Below, piece after piece: positions 1 to 7,997 of a stretch of DNA of 64,000 nucleotides. The position numbers were made by a program, and so were the translations under genes. The notes beneath the pieces are model-generated. The model made no database searches, was not told where the DNA came from, and saw only the letters and a program-made list of their open reading frames with translations. Position 1 is the first letter of the stretch. Each line of letters begins with the position of its first letter. The stretch comes from a virus: positions 32,001 to 96,000 of the IMG/VR virus record IMGVR_UViG_3300046532_001566; one strand, written 5' to 3'.

Positions 1-456
1 TGGCATAACTGGAAAAGGAACAACATCTAATTTAAGTTCATTCTTATAGAAGTCGTTATACAATTCAAGTCCACCACCGTGGAACATCCAACCTAGGAAG
101 TCGATCCCGTCCATACCGTAAGGTCCACCTAAAGGACTATTAAATAGTGCAAGAGTCTTTGACTTTCCGACCCAGTAATAAGATTGCGTCCATGCACCAT
201 CTACTGCACCTGACGCTGTAGCATCTAGCACCTTAAAAGAAGGAACTAATGCACCAGACGGTCTGATTTTCATATCAATTTTTCCGTCTGTTAAAATTTT
301 AACTCTGTCTGCGAGAAAGTTTGCTTGCTCGTTAAAAGTTGAGATTGCTCCAAAACTAGATGCAATCTGTAGTTCTTTGGCATTAACTGTTGCTACTGAA
401 GCAAACATGCCAAATGACATTGCGGTAGCTAATACCGCTCCGATGAAACGTTTCAT
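1..456 (-). CDS. dctP: TRAP transporter substrate-binding protein DctP (TakP-like subfamily), 5' part; runs off the window edge
   Basis: Not in the ORF track. Manual translation from ATG at 456 gives MKRFIGAVLATAMSFGMFASVATVNAKELQIASSF...LTDGKIDMKIRPSGALVPSFKVLDATASGAVDGAWTQSYYWVGK..., i.e. a signal peptide plus TakP-type motifs (G-x-L-V-P, YYWxGK). GGAGA RBS upstream; follows dctM. Confidence 0.85.
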   Translation of the reverse strand, partial: MKRFIGAVLATAMSFGMFASVATVNAKELQIASSFGAISTFNEQANFLADRVKILTDGKIDMKIRPSGALVPSFKVLDATASGAVDGAWTQSYYWVGKSKTLALFNSPLGGPYGMDGIDFLGWMFHGGGLELYNDFYKNELKLDVVPFPVMP

Positions 457-475
457 ATTTTTATTCTCCAAAATA

Positions 476-1870
476 TTATTGTCCAAGGACACCCAAAAAG
501 TCAACTTCTTGGCCTTTGACATCATCACCTAGTACTTCTTGTACTACGTTTTTTCTTTGCTCTGCTAGGTAATTAGGTAACCACGTTGCAAGGCCAGGCG
601 TAATAAACAATATTACTACACAAATAACCTGAATATACATAAACGGCATCATTGCTTTGAATATTAATTTAAGGTCCCACGAAGGCACCACCTGTTTTAG
701 ATAGTATCCAGTTAAAGCCACTGGAGGTGTTAGATATGCTGTTTGTAAAATAACACCCAAGGCGGCCGCAAACCAAATTAGATCAACTCCAGTATCAATT
801 AATACTGGTAAGAATATTGGTAAGAACACTAGTACTACCACTGGCCACTCAAAGGGCCAGCCTAAAATATGACATAACACTAATATAGCTCCAACTACTG
901 CCCATCCGGGTATGGGCAAAGAAGTTAACACTGATACAATGATTTTGTCACCACCCAAGGAAGCAAATACAGCACCAAAGATTGTTGATGTAATTGCTAA
1001 TAACATTACCACAGCCGAAGTATTGGTTGTTTTTAATAATGCTTCTTGAATATTTGTTAAAGTTAATTTTCTGTTAATGGCGGCTAAACATAAGGCGCCA
1101 AACGCACCAAACGCACCAGCTTCTGTGCTAGTTGCTAGTCCAAATAACATTGATCCTAATGTAATAAGAATCAATGATGCCAATGGTACAACATGCCATA
1201 ACAATAACATAATTAACTTAAAATCTATTTCTACTCTTTCTTCTAGAGGTACCATAGGTGCTACCCCTGGTTTTGTTTTTATAAGGAATACAACGTATAC
1301 TAGATACATAAATGCAATTAGTAATCCTGGACCTATTGCGGCCGCATACACATCAATAATATTAAGATTCATTGTGGGCGCCATTACAATAAGCGGAATG
1401 GATGGAGGAATCATAATAAGAGATCCACCTCCTGCAATTACTCCTGCTGATAGTTTAGCATCATACCCTTGTTTAATCATACTTGGAGCGGCCATAATGC
1501 CCAATAACGTTACTGATGCTCCGACTACTCCTGTTGCTAAACTGATCAATACTGCAATACAGATAACAACAATGTATAAGTTGCCTGGAACACCAGACAA
1601 TACCTTCTTTAAACTCTCAAATAAATTCTCTACCAGTCCGGCTCGTTCAGCAACGTAACCCATAAGGATAAACATAGGAATACTCATTAGCACTTCGTCT
1701 GAAAGTCCTCCTAATAGATTGAGATATGTAAGATCAAAAACACTTAATCCTAATCCCATCAATCCAAAAATTAATGCTAGAAATGTTAGTGTAAAACTAA
1801 CTGGAACTCCAACAAAGATGCCAGCAATCATTGTAAATAACATTGTCATTGCTAGCCATTCATTACTCAT
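476..1870 (-). CDS. dctM: TRAP transporter large permease DctM
   Basis: 464 aa, many TM helices; SIPMFILMG, MIPPSIPLI, TSTEAGAFG and LTPPV motifs typical of DctM. Confidence 0.92.
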   Translation of the reverse strand: MSNEWLAMTMLFTMIAGIFVGVPVSFTLTFLALIFGLMGLGLSVFDLTYLNLLGGLSDEVLMSIPMFILMGYVAERAGLVENLFESLKKVLSGVPGNLYIVVICIAVLISLATGVVGASVTLLGIMAAPSMIKQGYDAKLSAGVIAGGGSLIMIPPSIPLIVMAPTMNLNIIDVYAAAIGPGLLIAFMYLVYVVFLIKTKPGVAPMVPLEERVEIDFKLIMLLLWHVVPLASLILITLGSMLFGLATSTEAGAFGAFGALCLAAINRKLTLTNIQEALLKTTNTSAVVMLLAITSTIFGAVFASLGGDKIIVSVLTSLPIPGWAVVGAILVLCHILGWPFEWPVVVLVFLPIFLPVLIDTGVDLIWFAAALGVILQTAYLTPPVALTGYYLKQVVPSWDLKLIFKAMMPFMYIQVICVVILFITPGLATWLPNYLAEQRKNVVQEVLGDDVKGQEVDFLGVLGQ

Positions 1871-2360
1871 TATTGAAAATCCTTCTATAACATTTAATCA
1901 TCTGACTCAAGGCTTGTATCATTAGAAGTACTAAGCCAAGTGTAATGCCAATCTTCATTGGCCATATAACAAGCTGAGCCATTGTTTCAGAACTACGTTC
2001 GTTCATTTCAATAGCGGCATATGTGTCGTTAAAACTAATGTATGTGATAAGTGCAAAGGAAGGGAAGAATAATAAGATATAACTTATAAAGTCAATAATT
2101 GCTTTTGTACGATCTTTATAGTTGCTCCAGAATAAATCTGTTCTAATATGTGCTTCTTTGCCTAGAGAATAACTGCAACCAAACATAATAAGCATACCGT
2201 ATAGTTGCCAGGTTGTATCGACTACAAAATCATTACGAATGTCAAAGTAATACCTTCCTAGTACGTTAGTTACTACGAAAAGTACCATTAGTAATGCAAA
2301 CCACGAATAGAATTTCGCAAATCTGCTTACAATATTGTCAATAAATTGTGTTACTTCCAT
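1863..2360 (-). CDS. dctQ: TRAP transporter small permease DctQ
   Basis: 165 aa, 4 TM helices; V-x-x-RY and HIRTD motifs; overlaps the dctM start. Confidence 0.88.
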   Translation of the reverse strand: MEVTQFIDNIVSRFAKFYSWFALLMVLFVVTNVLGRYYFDIRNDFVVDTTWQLYGMLIMFGCSYSLGKEAHIRTDLFWSNYKDRTKAIIDFISYILLFFPSFALITYISFNDTYAAIEMNERSSETMAQLVIWPMKIGITLGLVLLMIQALSQMIKCYRRIFNNE

Positions 2361-2463
2361 CGACCAACTCTTTTAACCGTTTTGCTTTCTATAAGCAAAG
2401 TTTGTTATTATGTTTGATTGTTCAAAACAATCAAACTGATACATCATAACATTAGTTATATGC

Positions 2464-2471
2464 TATTTATA
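2464..2471 (-). promoter_or_regulatory. Late-type promoter (TATAAATA) upstream of the TRAP operon
   Basis: Exact T4 late consensus on the minus strand, about 100 nt upstream of the dctQ ATG. Confidence 0.55.
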
Positions 2472-2497
2472 CTGGCTATTAGCCATTGTAAATAAAT

Positions 2498-2719
2498 TTA
2501 CTCTGATTCTATAAGAGTTATGTTGGCGGCTTGACGACCTTTATCACCTTGAACTACTTCAAATGATACTGCTTGGCCTTCTTTAAGAGATTTAAAACCA
2601 TCAGAGTTGATTGCTGAATAATGAGCGAAAACGTCATCTGATCCATCGTCAGGTTTAATAAAACCCCAACCCTTTGCGTCTTGAAACCATTTTACTTTAC
2701 CTGTTACTTGTTCTGCCAT
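2498..2719 (-). CDS. cspA: Cold-shock protein (CspA family)
   Basis: GKVKWF, KGWGFI (RNP1), DVFAHYSAI (RNP2), [10 protein letters not shown]; start moved to MAEQ at 2719. Confidence 0.93.
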   Translation of the reverse strand: MAEQVTGKVKWFQDAKGWGFIKPDDGSDDVFAHYSAINSDGFKSLKEGQAVSFEVVQGDKGRQAANITLIESE

Positions 2720-2787
2720 GTGTGTACTTCTTCCATTAATGTTGTAATGTGTTGTTATACACATTAACTTTATTTATCAAACTAATA

Positions 2788-2832
2788 GGCTAGACAGGGT
2801 ATTAGAATCATTCTAAATTGCCCCATCTAGCC
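2788..2832 (-). terminator. Long stem-loop downstream of the DctP-like gene
   Basis: Minus-strand GGCUAGAUGGGG...CCCUGUCUAGCC with G-U pairs and an inner UUAGAAU/AUUCUAA stem. Confidence 0.55.
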
Positions 2833-2845
2833 CTGTTTTTATTAC

Positions 2846-3952
2846 CTACGCCGCTTGTATTTGCTCAACGAGGTTTTTACGTTTGTTATAAACATCAACT
2901 GACTGCTCACCTTGATGAACAAAGTTTGCATCTTCAGCTTCTTCTCTAGTTGCGAATGTTGTTGAATAAAACTGTTCATATGATCTATGAGCATTATTAG
3001 CAAGTATATCAGTTTCTTCTTGAGTAATTTCTCTTATCTGAACTCCATTTGCAACTGCGTCTCTCTCATATTTTTCACAGTCTTCAAGTGACCATTTTCT
3101 TTCAATTTTAGACACTGCATAGGCTGATTCTTTAAAAGCTTCTTGTTGTTCTAATGTTAACTTATCAAATAATTTTGATCCTGCTAAAATACTAGTTAAG
3201 AACATAGAATGATTTGTCTTCAAAATATGTGTTCCTTTGAATCTTAGATAAGTTGTCTCAATAGCAGATTTAACACCTTTAGCAAAATCTTTCATTTCCT
3301 GAACATCTAATGCTTTCCTTGGAAACGCCTTAGCTTTAATATCTGGACTATTAAACATTGCAGTTGTAGTTGGAACAGTTTGCATTGTTGTATCTTTTAA
3401 TTCAAGAACACTTGCAATGTCATGATTAGAACCAACAATTCTAAAACCACCAGAGTAAGTAAATCCTAAAGATTTAACACCAGTTGCAGTTTCTAGCATT
3501 CCACGAAGGTTTTCACCAATTGAACCATCTAACGCCCTGGTTACATGATCATGATCCTTAAACAAGAAAGGAAGATCTAATGTTTCAAAAGGCTTGAATA
3601 GGAATGATCCTATTACTGTAGCTTGTGTCTGACTAATATCAATGCGGCCATCTTTTATTGCGGTAAACAGTGATTTCCACTTTTTGTCGATTTCTTGTAC
3701 GGCGACTGGTGTAAAAGTGTTATCTGAATCTTTGCTTTCCCAATCTTTTTCTAAACCTTCCATTGACGCAGGTTTGTTATTTAATTCCGGAATTTCGTTG
3801 TATTTTGCAATATATGTTTTCATATCTAGAATTTCAATGTCAAATTCTCCAGGACATCTTTTTTCTAACTCATCACGGAATGCTTTCGCAGTACGGACAA
3901 ATAGATATTGTGGCTGGTGTGCAATGAGCCACTTTAATTTAATAGGTTCCAT
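2846..3952 (-). CDS. DctP-like solute-binding-fold protein lacking a signal peptide
   Basis: LDLPFLFKDHDH, GGFRIVGS and KLTLEQQEAFKESA match the DctP family; the N-terminus (MEPIKLKWLIAHQP) has no signal peptide. Confidence 0.75.
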   Translation of the reverse strand: MEPIKLKWLIAHQPQYLFVRTAKAFRDELEKRCPGEFDIEILDMKTYIAKYNEIPELNNKPASMEGLEKDWESKDSDNTFTPVAVQEIDKKWKSLFTAIKDGRIDISQTQATVIGSFLFKPFETLDLPFLFKDHDHVTRALDGSIGENLRGMLETATGVKSLGFTYSGGFRIVGSNHDIASVLELKDTTMQTVPTTTAMFNSPDIKAKAFPRKALDVQEMKDFAKGVKSAIETTYLRFKGTHILKTNHSMFLTSILAGSKLFDKLTLEQQEAFKESAYAVSKIERKWSLEDCEKYERDAVANGVQIREITQEETDILANNAHRSYEQFYSTTFATREEAEDANFVHQGEQSVDVYNKRKNLVEQIQAA

Positions 3953-4006
3953 CTGGGGGTTAATACCTTTCAGTTTATAACATGCTCGAGCATTTATTAA
4001 CGTTAT

Positions 4007-4333
4007 TTACCTAATTGGTACAAGAACACTTATATTACAACCACAGTAAGAATCATATGCAGATACTCTCTTATATCCGTAAGGCGCATTATCTATAATA
4101 ATTGGTTGGTTATATGTTGGTGCTGATTCGTCTGCGTAATACCAATCCCAGTATTCGCGATCTCTTTGAGCATAATACCGATTATAATAAGGATTGTTAC
4201 TATTATACCCGTTAGTGTCCCAGGTATCATTGCTATTATGATAATGTTTGTACGAATATTCGTGTGCATTAACTGTCGATGAAGCAATTATTAAGCCAAA
4301 AGCAATTAACGCACCAGTTATAAGTTTAATCAT
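4007..4333 (-). CDS. Hypothetical secreted Tyr-rich protein
   Basis: Start at MIKLITG with AAGGA RBS; hydrophobic signal peptide ending VNA; Y/N/D-rich mature part. Confidence 0.6.
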   Translation of the reverse strand: MIKLITGALIAFGLIIASSTVNAHEYSYKHYHNSNDTWDTNGYNSNNPYYNRYYAQRDREYWDWYYADESAPTYNQPIIIDNAPYGYKRVSAYDSYCGCNISVLVPIR

Positions 4334-4367
4334 TATATCATCCTTTGAGTTAAGTAGCATTATGTAT

Positions 4368-4396
4368 AATATAGCACCCTTATGCCAATAAGTCAA
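4368..4396 (-). promoter_or_regulatory. Sigma70-type early promoter
   Basis: TTGACT-N17-TATATT with TGn extension and A-rich UP element. Confidence 0.7.
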
Positions 4397-4404
4397 CCTC
4401 TTTT

Positions 4405-6267
4405 TTAAGTTATTTTTATTAAACCGTAAATACTTCCATCTTCATTGCTGTATGTTAGGTAATCAGGGAACGTATCATCTACTTCAATAAGCATATTTTC
4501 ACCGTTTATTAAGTTAGCAATAGCACGTTTCCAGGTCTTAATAAGGATAGGAGTTCCTCCTGTTAGGCTATCGTATACTGTTGAACCGTCTTCTACCCAT
4601 ATCTCTCCTGGTTCGTCTGGTAACGGACTTTGAATTAAATTACTTTTAATTAATCTACCTTCAGCATCAATTATCTTGTTTATATCATTTGGATCTGGGA
4701 TAAAATCAGGAATAAATGCCTGTGCCCATGTTAAAAAATCTTCATTACGTCCATTAGCTTCATCTAAGAACTCAGAGAATTCAAAACGAACCAGCCCATT
4801 TGACCACCTTTTAGTTATGTCTGGTACTCTATTACTGTTACTGTCTAATTTGGCTTCGTATATGAAAAATTCCTGTCCAGGCGGTAAATTATACAAAATT
4901 CTGCTTCGTACGGCTGTTAAACCGTTATCTTTATAGCCATAATTGCTAATTTCCAAACTATTGACATTTGGGTTACTTGGTGGCAAACTTATTAGGTGTG
5001 TTTTACCTCTAAAAATTTCTATTTCAGGATTTAAAGATAATGCTGGAGTTAGTACTTTGCAATCAAACTCATCAAGTACCAATGTTTCTTCTGTAACTCC
5101 GGTAACCGCCCAACCAACCCTGTTTTGAGCTGGTGCATCAATCCATAATAGATTATAACTGGTATCTGTTTGAGTTAGATCTGCATCTGTTATGTCAGGT
5201 AACCCGGCACTTTCAATATCACCTGTAATTGCTGTGGTTACTTGACCTGTAACCCTGCCACAATAATCATACACATCTTCTGTTTGACCTACAAACGGAT
5301 CATCATTATTTAAAGCATCTAATGCTAATGCATATACTTCTGGACCTAATGTCCTAGCCCATAAATTCTTGTCACTGTTAATTGGATAACTTGCACTGTT
5401 AGCAACGTTTGCAACTAACGTCTGTGCTTGCTTTGTAGCATCAGTTAGGTTTGGTGTTTTAGCAGGAGGAAAGGAGCTTGCCGCTAGTTCAAACTCTGGC
5501 CCACTAGTTGATGTTAATCCAGCAACTGCGGCAATATCTGCATCTGATGGTCTTGGACCTATTGTTATAGCAGGAGCACCAGCAACAACCGGGGCACCTG
5601 TTAATAAATTATGCTTATGTCTAAAGTCAGGAAATAATTCCTTTGCCCTTGCTTGTTTAATACTTGTAGCAATTCCACCAATCTCATTTTTAAATCCAGA
5701 AGTTAGACTTGCTGGAATTGATGTACCAGCTGATAATGCATTCTGTGATGCTTTCCTAATATTATCAAGTATACTACCTGGGTTAAAAGATCCAGTATTG
5801 ATTTTCCCACTAGCATCAATACAGATTTTAGGTTTTAGCAATGGTCCAAATGCACTTAGTACACCTTGTAAGTTGTTAAAAACATTGTCAGTAACCTGAT
5901 CTAAAATGTCTCCGTTAATATTTGGAATTTTAATAGGAACTGGACATAGTCCTCCTAAACTCAACAAATAACGTACTTCTCCTAATGCATTATTAATCCT
6001 ATCTGTAATGTCAGATACTCCAAGGTGATCGTTAAATGCTTTAACTTCATCTTGCAGTAATCTTAATTCGTCTTTAATATCATATAGATTTGCATATCCA
6101 GCATCTTCTAGCATTTCATTAATGTTTGCTTCAATGCATATCAAGTTTCCTTTTAAAAGGTTACCAAGGCCGCCAAATAGTACTGCACAAATAATATCTT
6201 TAATAGACTTATTAAGTATGCCGCCTGTTTGCACTTTAATTCCTGGTATTACTGGGATAGAAACCAT
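4405..6267 (-). CDS. Hypothetical protein, possibly virion/baseplate-tip associated
   Basis: 620-aa ORF immediately downstream of the PAAR gene; no recognised motif. Confidence 0.5.
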   Translation of the reverse strand: MVSIPVIPGIKVQTGGILNKSIKDIICAVLFGGLGNLLKGNLICIEANINEMLEDAGYANLYDIKDELRLLQDEVKAFNDHLGVSDITDRINNALGEVRYLLSLGGLCPVPIKIPNINGDILDQVTDNVFNNLQGVLSAFGPLLKPKICIDASGKINTGSFNPGSILDNIRKASQNALSAGTSIPASLTSGFKNEIGGIATSIKQARAKELFPDFRHKHNLLTGAPVVAGAPAITIGPRPSDADIAAVAGLTSTSGPEFELAASSFPPAKTPNLTDATKQAQTLVANVANSASYPINSDKNLWARTLGPEVYALALDALNNDDPFVGQTEDVYDYCGRVTGQVTTAITGDIESAGLPDITDADLTQTDTSYNLLWIDAPAQNRVGWAVTGVTEETLVLDEFDCKVLTPALSLNPEIEIFRGKTHLISLPPSNPNVNSLEISNYGYKDNGLTAVRSRILYNLPPGQEFFIYEAKLDSNSNRVPDITKRWSNGLVRFEFSEFLDEANGRNEDFLTWAQAFIPDFIPDPNDINKIIDAEGRLIKSNLIQSPLPDEPGEIWVEDGSTVYDSLTGGTPILIKTWKRAIANLINGENMLIEVDDTFPDYLTYSNEDGSIYGLIKIT

Positions 6268-6268
6268 A

Positions 6269-6553
6269 TCAGCTACCTACAAACACGTTAGGAGAACCCG
6301 ATGATGTACTTGGCTCACAGTGAGGTGGTATTGGACAAATTTTATCAGGATTTGCAGAGTCACCATTTTCAACAATTAATTCATTTTCTACATAAACATT
6401 TTTTGTGCTTGCAATAATATTGCCGGCGCCGTGATTATTTGGATCCTTATCAACACTTGCTAATAAGTTATTAACAAACACTGTCGAATTACCAGCAACT
6501 ACTGTTGCCGCACCGCATATCCTTGAATCAGTATCTCTGTGAACTTCTGTCAT
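6269..6553 (-). CDS. PAAR-repeat spike tip protein (T4 gp5.4-like)
   Basis: HRDTD..CGA, VFVNN, H..G.I, GD....C...H, GSPNVFVG: typical PAAR pattern. Confidence 0.85.
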   Translation of the reverse strand: MTEVHRDTDSRICGAATVVAGNSTVFVNNLLASVDKDPNNHGAGNIIASTKNVYVENELIVENGDSANPDKICPIPPHCEPSTSSGSPNVFVGS

Positions 6554-6564
6554 ACAAGTATTTA

Positions 6565-6891
6565 TTAAACTATTACCCCTGGGGAAGGCGGTGCTTGTAT
6601 AATTCCTGACATTGCTGAAGTATATTGAGTTGCTAATGGCTTATCTGTATCTGCAATCATAACAACTAAATTCCTATTCAATTCAATATCTCGAGTTGCA
6701 TCAGGTGATGCTGTTAAGAAAAAAGGCATTAATGCCGGGGCACCATTTGGCCCTGTTGACAATGAAACTGGTCTATCAATAATTAATACATCACTTCTTG
6801 CTTCACACCAACTAGCAATAAGCTCTTCGCCGTTACTTAATTTAATAGAAACAATGTCTCCTTTTGTTCTCGCCTTTGATGATATTATCAT
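6565..6891 (-). CDS. Sm-like fold phage protein
   Basis: GDIVSIKLSNGEELIA...IDRPVSL...LMPF pattern common in T4-like phages. Confidence 0.5.
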   Translation of the reverse strand: MIISSKARTKGDIVSIKLSNGEELIASWCEARSDVLIIDRPVSLSTGPNGAPALMPFFLTASPDATRDIELNRNLVVMIADTDKPLATQYTSAMSGIIQAPPSPGVIV

Positions 6892-7997
6892 AATTTAAAT
6901 CCTTTAAAACTATCCTCTTTTACGTCTTGCTTAATGCCACCAATAACATAACTCTCAATCTCTGTTTCTTGAGGTGCATTTTGTACACCTTTATTTGAAA
7001 GCCAATGTGATGTCCAAGGTAATGGATTATCATTAGGACTTTGAGCATATCTTGTTGCTAATCCTAAACTTTTAAGACGCTTGTTTGCAATATGCTCAAT
7101 AAACATATGCAACAATTTCTCATTTAATCCAACAATAGAACCATTTGTAAACAAATAATCAGCCCATTCTTTTTCTTCTTCTACTACCTTGTCATATATA
7201 AGACCAATTTCTTCTTCGCACTCTTTTGCAATAGAAACCATATCTGGGTCATCACCTTTAATCCAATTCTTGATAATATGTGTGCTAATTGCTAAATGCT
7301 GGCTTTCATCACGAGCAATTAAACTAACAATCTTAGCAGAGCCTTCCATTGTTTTTAACTCGCCAAATGCAAACGTACATGCAAAGGAAACATAAAAACG
7401 CAAACCTTCTAACGCATTAACATTTACCATTGCTAGGTAAAGTTTCTTTTTAAGTTCTCTAAGATCTCCTTTACCAGTAGCAGTATAATATTGAGCATCA
7501 TTAATAAAATCATCATATGCTCTTGTTACACTTTCTGCCCTAGCAACAATCTTCTCATCATCAAGAATAGTGTTAAACACATCACTAGGATCAGGGTAAA
7601 TATTTTTAATAATATGTGTGTAACTACGACTATGAATTGTTTCAAAGAAATCCCAAGTAATTAAACATGCTTCTAACTCCGGTAAAGTACAATAAGGCAC
7701 AAATGCAAGAGCTGGTCCGCGTCCTTGAACACTGTCAAGTAATGTTTGATATTTTAAATTACTTGTAAAAATAAACTTTTGAGAATCTGTAAAATTTAAA
7801 TAATCACTTCGATCCTTTTGCAAACTAACTTCTTCTGGTCTCCAAAAATATCCAAGTTGTGTTTGTGTTAACTTATCAAATACCGGATAACGAAATTCAT
7901 CAAATCGTTGCGAGCTTAATTGTTCTCCAAAGAACATAGGTTGTTTTGTATAATCAATTTTGTTTTTGTTGAATACAGTTGTTTTTAAATGTTGCAT
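6888..7997 (-). CDS. nrdB: Ribonucleotide reductase class Ia beta subunit
   Basis: FWRPEEV, LLDSVQGRGP, ETIHSRSYTH, LEGLRFYVSF, RDESQH, APQETEIESY. Confidence 0.97.
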   Translation of the reverse strand: MQHLKTTVFNKNKIDYTKQPMFFGEQLSSQRFDEFRYPVFDKLTQTQLGYFWRPEEVSLQKDRSDYLNFTDSQKFIFTSNLKYQTLLDSVQGRGPALAFVPYCTLPELEACLITWDFFETIHSRSYTHIIKNIYPDPSDVFNTILDDEKIVARAESVTRAYDDFINDAQYYTATGKGDLRELKKKLYLAMVNVNALEGLRFYVSFACTFAFGELKTMEGSAKIVSLIARDESQHLAISTHIIKNWIKGDDPDMVSIAKECEEEIGLIYDKVVEEEKEWADYLFTNGSIVGLNEKLLHMFIEHIANKRLKSLGLATRYAQSPNDNPLPWTSHWLSNKGVQNAPQETEIESYVIGGIKQDVKEDSFKGFKL

